Of a stretch of DNA of 64,000 nucleotides, positions 50,419 to 63,582 are shown one piece after another. Source of the DNA: Callorhinchus milii (taxonomy: Eukaryota); contig NW_024704742.1 in NCBI RefSeq assembly GCF_018977255.1, positions 4,590,001-4,654,000 of the forward strand, given 5' to 3'. Both the position numbers and the translations under genes were made by a program. Each line of letters opens with the position of its first letter. The stretch's first letter is position 1. The notes beneath the pieces are model-generated. The model searched no databases and was not told where the DNA came from. It saw only the letters and a program-made list of their open reading frames with translations.

Positions 50419-50818
50419 TGGACTCCTCTAGCTCAGAGATGTAGATCACTCCCCTCACAAGCGAGAGGATCCGGGTTCAATTCCCGGCAGGGTGAAATGT
50501 TGGGCAAGTTTCCTTACTGCACACGCCTGATAATAATCCCTCAAAAAAAAAATCCAATAATAAATTGGCCTCTGTTTATCCAGCAGTAAGCAGGAACCCG
50601 ATTGTTAGGTGGATCGCTTTTCCGGGGGTAATAATTTCTTCAAAAAGATAATATTTGTCACTCAATCCACGACTGTTGTGGGACGCCTCTGTGCGCAATT
50701 GGCTGCTGCGTTTCGTCCACAAAATATACAGTCAATTCACTTTACAGTATATTCTGTGAAGCGCTTTGAGACGTCTCGAAGGCATGATAAGGCGCTATAC
50801 CAAATGCAAAGATTATTT
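50419..50818 (+). mobile_element. tRNA SINE, longer variant retaining an extra CORE-like segment
   Basis: Same head and tail as 12612-12933, plus 'cctctgtttatccagcagtaagcaggaacccgattgttag...' at about 50568-50628. Confidence 0.85.
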
Positions 50819-50829
50819 TCACAACATAC

Positions 50830-51760
50830 CCAAGACACCATGCTCGGAAAGTTGGTAGGTTATTTGAGCGAAGGAAGTCTGAGAGGTAAGGAGTCCTAAA
50901 TCTCGATGCCCTGAGAAAAAAATATGAGTTACTGAGCAACTGAGTTTTGATTTCAAATGAGGATGCTTTGGGACAGGAATTGCAGGAGCAATACTTTGGA
51001 AGATAAAGAGGAAAGTTTGGAAGATCAATGACCATGTCATATCAACAAAATATGATAACTGTTGCAGTGGAGCAAGAGAGGACCAAAGTCAGAGATAAGA
51101 AAAGAATTACTTATTAGATGACTTGCCATTTTCGTCCACAATACAGTGAAACCTCCCCAGATATGAGGGTAGTCTTCAAGTTTTGAATTAAGGTTGAGCT
51201 TTACAGACAATAAAGAGCCGTTAAAGAGGCAGTTTATGCTTGACATGAAAGAGATAATAGAGCTTGGAAATTGCCTTAGCAATGAAGAAGATGTGAAAAT
51301 TCCACTTGAGGTCATCAGAGGGCAGTGAGGTCTAGAATATAGATAAATAAAGGATTAAGAGTGGTAGCTGTTGCCTTGATTTGCAAGAGATTTGAAGCAG
51401 CTTTGTCTTAGAGGAATTGAAAGATACAATATTTGTTGGCCCATCGAAGGGATCAATGTTCAGCAATTCAGCCTCTGAACTGAGTGATGGTTGTGCACCG
51501 TGGGAATACGCTATAAAGGATATTCTCACAGTGGACTGTTGAGTGCAATTATCAGCTGAAGAGTGAAGTCGATTGTTGATGTGGAGAAGGGAGAGAGACA
51601 GAGAGAGAGAAGAGAGAACCTCCAGTTTTTGGAAGAGGAGCTTGAAGAAGCCATACAACTGGAGTAATTTGATGGGGAAATGAATACCAAGAGCAGAGCT
51701 TGGCTGGAAGACTGTAAGAATCTGTTTAGAAGGCAGCTTGTTCAGGAGTGCATCGTTTCC
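50830..51760 (-). mobile_element. Decayed non-LTR retrotransposon RT/C-terminus, distinct from the CR1 and L2 copies here
   Basis: Minus-strand pieces NDALLNKLPS, LHINNRLHSSADN, VSFNSSKTKLLQIS, SDDLKWNFHIFFIAKAISKL and KLEDYPHIWGG occur in RT order. Confidence 0.7.
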
Positions 51761-52339
51761 GAGCTGTTATTCTATCAAGTGTTACAATAGATGCTATCGA
51801 TCTAATGAAGTCCCTCTGTTGTTACATCGTCAATCTTGTTTGAGAAAGCATAAAATACCACTGGCAGAGCATTGCTGTTAAGCTTTCATTAAGCTCAACA
51901 TCAAGTGCTCTGCGACATTACCCTGTGGGAAGGGCACTGTATAAATGCAAGTTGTTGCTGTTCATACCTGTCAGATTGAATAACATAATAATATTTAAGC
52001 AGAAAACACCAGGTGTGCAAATGAACCTTGAAGAGTTGCTTGGATGCAGCAGATCAGAACCATTTTAGATACAGAAACACAACACTGGGTGCAAGTTGAG
52101 GAAGGCACAATGCAAATGACAGACCTTCAATGTTATTGTTCAGTAGCCATGAAGTTCAAGTAATTTCATGGTCATTAAAATGAACTTGTGAAATATCAAA
52201 ACCTGATCTGGACTTCTGGAGCTCATCTTATTATACCATATTCATCATTTTCCCATGTCTTCTTTCAAATTGTACGATTAATTAATCCCAGGGCCCTTGC
52301 TTTATAGATTGGATGTCTGATGCTACTTAATGCACCTTA

Positions 52340-52716
52340 GGTGACAACAGGGCTCACTTGACGGCACTCTCGCCTCCAAGTCAGAATGTTGTGGGTGCAA
52401 GCCCCACGTTGCGACTTTAAACTCCAGTGTAGGCTGACACTCCCATTGCATTGAGGTGCCGTCCTTCAGGTGAGGTGTTAAACCGAGGTTCCATCTTGCT
52501 GTTCAGGTGGACGTTAAAGATCCCATGACATTGTTTGAAAGGCGAAGGGAGTTTCTCCTCATGTCCTGGCCAACAATCTCCCAAATAATATTGGTCATTC
52601 ACATCATGGTTGGTTGCCTACGAAATACAGTCACTGCACTTTACAGTACATCTTGTGAAGCGTTTTGAGCCATCCTCCTGAAGTGACACTAAATCAAATG
52701 CGAGGATTATTATTTT
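52340..52716 (+). mobile_element. Deu-domain SINE
   Basis: Head, core 'gaggtgccgtccttcaggtgaggtgttaaaccgagg', and tail. Confidence 0.8.
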
Positions 52717-52869
52717 ATTAATTGGCACAAAACATTTTTATTGCGGTTCTGAAGTCATGAAGTCTGGGATGAAAGTAAACCCAGTGTTTTTAGATGGCCT
52801 CAGAATACTGTGCGGAGCAATTGAAGTTCGGTAGATACGTGGACATCTTTGCATTATCTCAGTGAATCG

Positions 52870-53295
52870 AGGTGTATGCACACCTATCACCCCAGTCCAC
52901 GCCAGACTCCATTATCTCCCTGTCTCCCAATGGATCAATTTCAAGGTTCTCACTCTCACCTGTAAATTCCTTAATGCCCGAGTATCTTTCTGTCTCTGAT
53001 CTCCTACCCCACTCCTCTGCTTCTCTCACTGCTCAACTAACTCAGGCTTACTGTGTGTTTCCTTTCCCTTCTGTTCCACGAGTCTTTAGATACAGTACTA
53101 AACCTTAAATTTCTGGAACTCCCTACCTCCAATCCTCGACCTCACCCTCTCTCTATCTGACTTCAAATCCGACCTCTTTGATCATGCCTTTGGCCACCTT
53201 TCCCTTCTCTTTTGCTAGCTATCCTACCCCGTCATTGTAAAGCACTCCGAGACGTTCTCCTTCATGAAGGGCACAATATAAATGCAAGTTGTTGT
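52870..53295 (+). mobile_element. L2 3' region
   Basis: 'tctggaactccctacct...ctttgatcatgcctttggccacc...aaatgcaagttgttg'. Confidence 0.7.
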
Positions 53296-54995
53296 GGATG
53301 GTATAAACCAATGAAAACATGCATGAAGATTTACTTCACAACCTCACATCTGAAGCTTATGAAATGAGTCAGTGATGTGATTCAGTGCTTTGGAAGTTAA
53401 ACATTATTGGCACTTAAAAACATAACGCATTTGCATGCAGAGGCAAGCCGCAAGGTAAGGTGTAATGTAAAGCGACCCAATTTCCCAGCACTATGTTGTC
53501 CAAGACTGATTTGGACTCTGATCTCGAATTGCTTCCCACTGAGTTATCTCCATAATTAAGAGTCACAGCACCGAAGCGCAGTGAGTCCAGTTCTGCAACA
53601 CATGCAGTGAAGTTTGAACACCTTTCCTATCGAGTGTTGAAAAGCCCTTCATGGGAAACACGCTTTGTTTATTTAGAGAATGTTTTTGTGATGGGAACTT
53701 TGGCAACGATAAGAACACTCGAGCTGTTTGGCAGGCTGCATCAAGGATAGATCAGAGATATCATCTGGATTAAACCTCGTGTTGTATAATTTTATTTAAA
53801 TGGATGCAATTGATGTTTCGCTGGCATATTAGCAGACCGGTTAAGGTAAAGTTAGTGTACGGTTTAAAAATCGGGTCTATCTACTAATCTTTGCGAGGAC
53901 TATTTTCCTAGTGGGGAAACAGATGGCAGCAGTCTCGTGATCACTTCAAACAAGGAAAATATTCTGGTTTTAAAAGTAGTCACTGGTGTATATATTCTGA
54001 TGATTCAAATAAATTACCACTTGGTTCCTTACGTATAATTGTTAACAGAGAATAAGCAGATACGAGCTTTCTGAGTATAAGAAGAGCGCATAATATTTTT
54101 AATGTTCGTAACTAAGGACTGGAAAATCCATAACTCAGACAATATGAAGCTGAATGTAACTTAGGATGTGCACAGACTAGTAAAACTGCACAGTTGAAAG
54201 TCTTAAGGCTGAACTGTCAGTTGCACAACCAAGTTGCTTTGCTTTTAACCTTGCAGTCCTCCTGAATCCAACCTGTAATGTTAGTCAGTTTCCAGTGTGC
54301 ACGTGTGATATCAGCCTCCGTTATCTCAGATCAAGCATGCGTTTGATTTTTAATGGCGAAAATATTTTAGATTCAAGCAAACGACAAAACTTTACAGAAG
54401 GTGGAAGGAGCCACCTGAACCTTCATTTAATAATAAATTGGTCAGTTCAAACCACGATGGTTTGTGTGCAATTGGCTGTCACGTTTCTCCCACAAAATAG
54501 ACACTTTACAATATATTCTGTGAAGCACTTTGAGATGTCTTGAAGACATGATAAGGCGCTATATCAAATGCAAGGGTTATTATATTTATTAAATGAAAAA
54601 TATTGTTCTTCAGTAATGCTTGCATAATAATTGTAAATGCTTAATTGTATTGTATTGTATTCTTCATCAATGTATGTATTGCCAAATAAGATACTACAAA
54701 ATGTTTTGAAATTGCTGTATTGAAAGATGTTTATTTCTCTTTGGGATTGAATGTGTCGCCATTTTTTAACGAGACCCTTTAATGAAGAATCCAAGTAGAG
54801 ACTGAAATCGCCAAGGATTAGACACTATTGTTCCTTTAATCAGTATTATTAATTCTCTCATTGCTTCTTCAGAGGCTTGTGGTCAGTCTATAATCCCTAT
54901 TTTAAATTGCATTTTGTGTTATTCTGTTTCGCTTCATTTCTTTTCATTTCTTTTGCTTGTTTCTCAATTTAACTTTCCCTCAGTCCTTCTATAAA

Positions 54996-55412
54996 TTATA
55001 ATCCTTGCATTTTATATAGCGCCTTATCATGTCGTCGAAACATCTCAAAGCGCTTCCTAGGAATTTTACTGTGAAGGCTAGTGACTGTCTATTTCGTAGG
55101 TGAACACCACAATCAATTTGCACACCATAAATGCTTCACAAACGACCAGGAATTGAATAGCCAATTTTATCTGGTGGATTGCTAGCCAGGACATCAGGCG
55201 AAACTCCCTTCCCTTTTTCAAAGCGTGTCACGGGATTTTTAATGTAGGCAGATGAGTCCACAGTTTAACATCTCATCTGAAGGACAGCACCCCTAACAAT
55301 ATAATGTCCTCCCAGCTCTGCCTTGGGGTGGCACCTCGCCTGAGCTCAGGGCCCAACATGAGACTTGAATGCACACCTTTTGACTCTACGATTCCAACTA
55401 AGCCAGGCTGAC
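54996..55412 (-). mobile_element. Deu-domain SINE
   Basis: Tail 'aatccttgcatttt...gccttatc', core, and head 'gacttgaa...agccaggctgaca'. Confidence 0.75.
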
Positions 55413-55690
55413 AGTTTTACAGTATGTTTCAGGACATTTAAGGGAATTGTAAATTAATTTGCCTGAAGATCAGCTCGAGGAGGGGTGGGTTAGTGTGGAA
55501 GTAGGTCCCCGGGTTGATTCTTGCAGTTTTTTTTATTACTATAAAGGATTAATTTCTCTGGCGTGTCGATTTTTGCCCCCATGTTTGTACTTGTTCTGGA
55601 ATAGAGACTTAACACAAATTGTATTTTACGATCTTTTTTCCTTATTGTGGGGGAAAGTTAACTTATTCTTGCACAATGCTCATTTTATAG

Positions 55691-55761
55691 GCGCCGTGGG
55701 TCCTGCCTTTCAGTACCACCTAACTCAGCATGACCTCCCTTTCAACGAAGACAGCGATAAG
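55691..55761 (+). other. Candidate internal exon of an unidentified gene
   Basis: Acceptor ttttatag (alternative ctttcag at 55713) and strong donor AAG|GTGAGT at 55762. The sequence is unique and CpG-containing. Possible readings are AVGPAFQYHLTQHDLPFNEDSDK or an ATG start MTSLSTKTAI. Confidence 0.45.
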
Positions 55762-58700
55762 GTGAGTTTGAACCTTCTGCAATTTTATTCTATTCGGTGG
55801 AATCATGCACGACCTGGTCCAGTAGCTTGCTTTTTGGTCATGGTTAAATATTATTTATTCTGTTTCTTATATTGCGGCACGTTATGTCATCGTTTCTCAA
55901 GGATAGTTTAAGCAGAGTTATAAGGTTTCTCTGGTGTGCCGTTGTACCTCCCCGTAGACTGCAGCTCGAGTAGAGCTGATTGTGTCTGAACCACAGTATT
56001 TCACGTGGTACTCCGAAATGGGGTCGGAGTGCAAGTGGCTGTAATGTAACACAAGACTAAAGCGCTAACATGCAAGTACTATAGTGCACTGTAGAAAGAT
56101 CTGTGTTTTCTTTCTCGCCCATGCTGAACAAGGTTTTAAAAGAAGTCAACCTTTTGCATCTCAAATTGGCCACACTTGTGTTGATTTTAATGGGAAAGAG
56201 TTTGATGTGATGCGTCATAGGAGAGGGAGGATTGAAAGCCAAGGGGATGGTGTGCATCGCCTATTTCACAAATAAATTAAATGCAGCTCGGTCAATCTCT
56301 TCTAATTGATGGACGTTTTCCTTTTCCTCTCCAATATCTTCATCTCCCACCTCTTGAAAGAGATTAACTGGTACTGTTTTTACAGTAGCGGTTCAGGAGG
56401 CCCGAAACCTTGGCACAATAAAGAAGGAAGCCGGCAGTATTTTTTTGATCTCTAGAGTCTGCCTATAACAAATGGCGGTGATCCGATAAAGAAGTTTATG
56501 CTCAAACCCCTGGATGTCGTTGCAATACTTAAGCATCTGCACGGGTGCAGTACATTGCGGAACTCACTCGAGCCCGGCTCACTAATGTCTTATTATTGAG
56601 TTGGAGGCAACGAGAGATCTGACTTGAGAGTTGAGTTAGCTCAGCAGGGACCAGGATTCAACTCTGCACCTTCTCCTAACCCCAACCAGTACGTCAGCAG
56701 AGAGCTCGAAAAGTAATAACATTGCCCACAACATTTTTTTTTAATTTCACATTTATGCTTTGTAATGGTCAGAGGTAGCCTGCAAGTGATCAATATACTG
56801 CGAGAGCATAATGGTCATCAGCAGAGTACAGAATTATCCTGATCTATATCAAAGCACATTGCTGTTGATATACCGCTGTATATCCTTCACTTACCTTTGC
56901 AGGTAATGATATTTTGGCAGGTTATACTTGTGAAGAACCTTGTGGGTACCATCGGTTAGATCTATGATACCATTCAGACTCTTATTCTCTTAGGAGAGAG
57001 AATATTGGCATCACAGTGTTATTTTTAATATGAATTGTAAATACCATAATGTATAATTCACTAATTGTGCTCGTGGCTTCCGATTATAAATTCAAATATG
57101 ACACCAGATGTTTTGATTTACATTGACTCTCTGCCATTTTGGATGGGTTAGAGCCTTCCCATTATCTGTTACTGAACTGAAAGGCGCAGCATGTGTCTAA
57201 TCATACAACATACAATGTTATCATTGCCAATAAATACTTTCCCTATGACATTGCTGTTGCAAAATTCAGCAATGTGATTGGGACCTGCTTGATATTTAAT
57301 ACGTATGTCTTGTCCCTGATTAAAACTGTACTCTCTGGGATCCTACCCTTCGTGAGGGGTGCTATATAAATGCAAATTGTTGTTTACATCTTCATTGTTC
57401 AAATGGACCCATCATCCAAATAGCACAGAATTAAACCCAATCTACTGGTGGGTGAGATTTCCTCTGGAGATGCATGAAAGGATGTTATAGAGAAGAGCTA
57501 TAATTTACATATACGACTCCTCGGTCAACTTTTGGATTAAACAGCACAGAGACATGATCTATAACTCACTCAGGCACTGATCATTGCTCACTTGTAAGTG
57601 TCACTTGTGAGTTATCAGGTCAGCTCATCGGTGGGATATAAATGTTATCTCGCTGCTGATATGTAACATGCACTTCCATCAGTTATTCCCAGTGTTGTAC
57701 AAAATAAGCAGAATGTTTCAAGGAAAATGAAGAATGTAACCACATTCTTTGTTAAACAAATCTGGTCTACATGTGGGACTGAGATTGGAATTGATTTTTG
57801 TGCTCACACAACCGTTGCCAGCAAATTCAGTCCAGCTCCATATTTGTTCTGTGGACTTGTATCTGATTTGGGATAACTTCAGCTTTTCAATCAGTTATAT
57901 GGAGCATTTGCTGAAAGAAAGCATTTGGTGCATTAAAAAAAAACAACAAAAACTTCCTTCCTCACGTGTCCAAGGACGTAAGAACTGCAAAACTCAGGCG
58001 ACAAATATCAGGGGAAATTAAATCAGGCAGATTTTTAACCCTTTGTATGCGTACACGAGTGGATGGTGCTGAAGAGGGGAGACTTCTTTGTTTATTTTAG
58101 TTTGCATCGGTATCAATCCTCATTTTTTTTTAAGGAAGCAGATCGTGTTATTCCATGTTGATGCTACATGGCTTATAATGAAAGCATAACCGACGACTTG
58201 CATTTATATAGCGCCCTTCATGCCAAGGCAGCATCTCAAGTTCATTTTTTACCATGGTAAAATATACATTTTACACCAAAGGTGCTCTAGTCTTGAACAT
58301 ACCAATACTTTCAATACCAGAGATCAGGTCTGCATGCATGTATTTACATAAGAAGCAGCTGGATAATGTAATGGAAACCTTGCTGGATGAATATTCTGAA
58401 AAGATGAAATTGAATGAGCTGAAGAGTTTCTTCATCCAAACCTCTCTTGTGATTTGCTGTCTTTCTTAAATCATTCTTAAATGTTTTTTTCTCAGTTGAA
58501 ATTATTTGAAATAGCTTTTCAGTACTGCGATGGGGAAACTTGATTTTATTCAAATTTGTAGTGTTTTACTGTCTGTGGCTGCTAACATGGACATTTGTAC
58601 GTGTTCATTGTGTGTGCATTTTGTAACTGTGATAAAAGCTATATTTTAAGTATAATTCAATGGGAGGTACTGCAGTCGTCCTGCTGGATGATGTTGTCAA

Positions 58701-59046
58701 ATTATTATGATTCCATCTATTGTGCAATTGTTCCAACTCCAGTATCTCGAACAACAAATGGCTTTCTAGTTTGTAAATGTAAAACTGCCTATTTATTTGT
58801 TGGAAAAGCTAAAATGACAGTACACACCTGGTTATTGCTGTAATTCATCAGCCTATTCTTCATACATCTATTTGAAATGCATGAGCTGCGTTAGAATGGT
58901 GGGTTGCAAGACAGCTGTGCAACTAAGAACTATGAATGTGTTGAGAGATGTTTGAGAAAATGCTCACTTTATTATATAATAATAATAATCGATGGCCCAT
59001 GTAGTACAATGCTCCCTGTATTCCAGCTTCTTGCCTCGTCTCTTCA

Positions 59047-59453
59047 GGTGTCAACCTAACACTGGCTGGTTTAGGCTTAGTTAGTAGCACCCTTACCTCT
59101 CAGCCATAAGGTTGTGGGTTCAAGCCCCACGTCAGGACTCCAGTGCAGTGCTTGGGAGTGCCGTCCTTTAGATAAACTGAGGTCCAGGGCTCCAGCTGCT
59201 TGTTCAGGTGGATTTGAAAGACCTCACCGTACTATTTGAAATTTCTCTACTATTTGAAATTTCACTGGGAATTTCTCCCACTGTTGTGGCCGGTATACAA
59301 TTGGCATTCAGTGTGGCTGTTTGTGGGACATCATGTGCAAATTGGCTACTGGATTTGCTTGGTCACTAAATTTCACAGTAAACTCCCTTGAAGTGCTTTG
59401 AAATGTCTCAATGATGTGATAAGGTGCTACATCAAATGCAAGCCGTTATTATT
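59047..59453 (+). mobile_element. Deu-domain SINE
   Basis: B box 'gggttcaagcccc', core 'gtgccgtccttt', and tail. Confidence 0.75.
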
Positions 59454-61565
59454 ACATTTTCCTCCCCAAATATTCTATTGCTTTCTTAAATCCCTTAACT
59501 GATTTCTCATCTTTGGATAACATTTGGTGCTTACGGATAATCTGCTTAAATAAATCTTGTTCCGCGTCATAATGTGTATTGTATTGTATTTAATGCTGTC
59601 AGTCATTGATTCATGCATACACATTACTATTTCTCAAACCTTTATGAATTGATTCTCCATTTAAACAGAATTACATAACGTAGTGGAAAAGGTCTTCCTT
59701 TGAGTATTCTTTCTGCTTATAGATCGAATAAACTGGGATTTGAGTGGATATTAAGAGCAACCCCAGAAATAGGTTTTAGAAGAATTTTGTTTGAAAACCA
59801 TTCCAATCGGTTAGTTAGTTATCAAAGACTATTGCTTACACCGAGATAGTGGCTTTGAAGTACCGTTGCATTTTTGAGAGATTCTCAAGCACATGCTTTT
59901 TTTTTAAAATTGCACTCCAATTTTCTCCATTCATGATAATCTTGTCATCTCCTTCACTAAACCAAACCCAAAATGGCCACGATTGTGAGTATTAATTCAA
60001 CCTCTGCAGAAGGGGTGGAGGAGCATCAGACAAGTCTGATGTTGTCCTCATCCCAATTAATACTCATTGCTAATTTATATTGTTTCACCTACCATATATT
60101 TTAGTTTTCCCAAGTCATATGCGTTTATATTCCACCTGCTCCAAGACCTTTGCTCTGAAAGCAGTTGCTGTGAGATGTTCAAGAACCATCCTGAATCTGG
60201 CTTTTCTTCGCTCTGGGGGATGTTTGATTTCCACTCAATCTTGCCAGTGATGTAATTGCAATTCATTGTGAGAGGAAACTCTAATCTTATTGTGTCAAAC
60301 TCCTTCACACTGTCTGAGGTGCCACTCATACATCCATTTAAGTGTAGCCGATGTCAGAATTGATCCACCAAACCCCCCAAATAACTCTACAAAAGAGATG
60401 TGATATTTACAAACTTCTGTAACCCAATAGGTTTTTTAAAGAAGTGTTAAAAATGAGTCTTAACGGACGCCTGCAAATGCTATTCTACTTGAATTATTTT
60501 TTAAGATAAATTGTGGGGTAGAATTGATAACACTCATTATTACTAACTGCCAATTAAACATTTTATAATTACATTTTGACAATTAAGGAGTTGTTTGATT
60601 CTATGTACTGTAGTCATGATGGAAACAATAACAAGTGATTGTTACTCCTTGTCTTTCTGCTAAATGATTCTGTGTACAAGATCATGTAAGAGTTCAATAA
60701 GGAATTAAAACCACACAAACCATGAAGGTCCCTAGTTAGATTTCCCCAGGACGTTTCATTTGGGTTTCTGCTCCTGATCTTCAGTGAGCTCCCCCCCCCC
60801 CCCCCCCCCACCACCCCCACCCCGCAAATGAAGGTTGCTGAATAGTTTGCCAGTACTAAACACAATTGAAAGTGGACCAGAGAATAGAAAATTAACAAGT
60901 TAATGTAAGTTGCTTGTCCAAATTAGCGTTAATATCGGTTTAAAACTTAATGAAGGTGCAGAGAGAAAGCTACCCGAGTTGGAGGGAGTGCGAGTGGAAC
61001 CTGCAGAGACCTGTCTCTATCTCGCTAGGACTGGTTGAACTTGCTTTTGGTATGTGGAACATCTGTTCAAACTCAATGACCTCTTCATCTTGCGGTTAGA
61101 TATATGCCTGTCATATTCAATAGTCATACCTGTTCTATTCCATTGGACCTTATTTTCAACTAAATGAAAAAGCCAACCATGAATTCTTTTTCGTAATACT
61201 CTGGAGGGTGGAGTTAATGATGAGGTTAATGATGCATGTATATTTTCTTAAAGAACGTGTTGGTGGGATGTGCAATTAGTCCTCATTGGGTTGTAGTGAA
61301 TAAGGTCATTTCTCTAGATGGCCCATTACAATATGTTGGAAGTATATTGATCCAAATGTTGGAAAAATATTGTGTATCTCAGTAACATTTGTCCTCTTCT
61401 CTCACAAGTAAATGTAAATTGTTTTAACTATTATCTCGTCAAAATTCTGATGAATGTGCAAAATCAAATAGCTTGTGATACCTATTGGAATAAGTAGGTA
61501 AATATATTTCTGTCTACATGCTGATTATAAATCATTAAATGCAATCGGTCTGTTTATATACATTT

Positions 61566-61878
61566 AATAATAATAATCCTGGCATTTGATATAGCGCTTT
61601 TCACGTCTTCTAGACGTCCCAAAGCGCTTCACAGAATAGACTGTAAAGTGAATTGACTGTATATTTGTGGGCGAACGCGGCAGCCAATTGCGCACAGCAA
61701 TGTCCCACAAACAATCATGGATTGAAAATGACCAATTTATTATTGTTTGGGGTTTTTGGAGGGATTATTATTAGGTGTGTGGAGTAAGGAAACTTGCCCA
61801 AGGTTTCGCCCTCTGCCTGGAATTGAACTCAGGTCTCTCGCTTGCAAAGCGAGTGCTCTAACCACTGAGCTACAGGAC
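61566..61878 (-). mobile_element. Full-length young tRNA SINE with 12-bp TSD
   Basis: Reverse complement of 12614-12933. ttatatacattt at 61554-61565 and 61879-61890. Confidence 0.93.
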
Positions 61879-63310
61879 TTATATACATTTCCTGTCAGTT
61901 GTACGAGTTGCTTAGATCTTTGAATAATGAGGGCATTTCTATAGGACTCAACCTACTGTACTTCTTTCTCCATCCTTGCTTTAGTTATCTTCTTGTAGAT
62001 GATCCTTGGATTGTCTTGAATGCAATACACATCAATATGACAGCAATAGCTGGCAAACATATCAGGCAGGGAGAGGGGCAAGCCAGCAAATTAAGAGATG
62101 TTAAAGGAATGATTAGGATTACAAAAATAATAATCCTTGCATTTGATATAATAATAATAAGAGTTGCAATTGGCTGGGCATGGCTACCTGTGTTGAAACA
62201 CCGGATGGTATTTTGTATTTGGGGCATTGTGTAATTGGTTTAAAAAAAATCAAAACACAAAATTAAATTGTGTCTGTCTGGGATTCTGTATAATTGGCGA
62301 ATGAAAGAACATAAAAAATGAAGAGAAGTAGGTAGTAACAGAAGCTAAGTATGGGTAAAGGCACATGAACAGCAAAATCAAATTATGATAAGGAAACAGC
62401 AAAGAATTTTATAAATTAGTTTTCAATACCGTGAAGTACAAATTGGTGCTAGTTTGTGAACTGAGTTAACTACTCTAATCTCAATGCACTTCCCTTCATG
62501 TTCTTCCTCTTCAAATGTTTATGCAGTTCCTTAAAATGTTGTCATGATCTCATCCTCAAAAAAACACTGTGACAAAGTGTTCATATTTTTAATAATGTTC
62601 TGACAGAACAGGAAGATGCCTCAGAAGGAAGGAATACAAAGTAAACTACAGAAGTACAATCTTATGTTTGAACATTTGCAAGCATGAGAGAAAATAGTAA
62701 GTTTTGCTCTTTGTGTATGTGTCTATTTGCTAATAGCAAGGAAGGGTGATTTACTGGAAGTGTTTGATCAGGAGTTGGGAGCACTTCATTTTCCCCCAAA
62801 AAGGATATAACTTGCTTTTGTATGTTTGTGCCCGTAGGCAGACTTTTCCTGCCAAAAATACTGGGGCCTGGGTTACAGCCTTTAAAGTGACTGTTAGGAC
62901 GAGTCTCCTCCCTCTTTGACTGAATGAAGTTGCACGATCAGTCCGCAGGGAATGGCAAAATCTATATGCGCTGCATTTAAACCCAAGCTAAACTCATTTA
63001 AACTCAACTGCGTATGCTTGATCATGACATCTGGGCATTTTCCAAGGATCCTTCTTGTGTTGGGACGCTGCAGTAAAGGTTTCGGCCAATAGATGTCCTC
63101 ACTGAACGAGATACACACCAGAGCTCCCACTAGAGGCAGTTAATGTATACTACGTGTTTCTGTTAGTTTCTATGGACAACATGGATATTTCCAGGTCCCA
63201 CATCTTTGGATATTTCCACTTCCAGTGGGAGCTTCATTCTACACAGTATTGAGACTGAATTGACTTCTGATTCTCTTTAGCCTTATACGGTGGCAGTTGT
63301 ATAAACTGAA

Positions 63311-63582
63311 TTTGTCAGCGAAATCAATGATAAGCTATTAGGTTTTTGCTGGGTAGACTCCAGCAGTACTCCAACGCACACTCTGTGCTCCCCACGCCTT
63401 GGCTCTTGCTAACCTGCGCCCAATACTTTCTGGAATTACGTACGCCGGATGCGTCCCTCCAGGGAGAGCTGAGCACTCCATTCCAACAATCTGTCTCTTG
63501 GATTTCCATGTATAGTTTGGATACTCTTAAGCGTGGTGATGTGTTTCCACATGTGTCAGACACCCAGCTGACCCCCCAAAAA
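63311..63582 (+). mobile_element. Unidentified retroposon, 5'-truncated copy with TSD
   Basis: Matches 17050-17344. Flanked by tgtat(a/t)aactgaa at 63298-63310 and 63583-63595. Confidence 0.88.
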
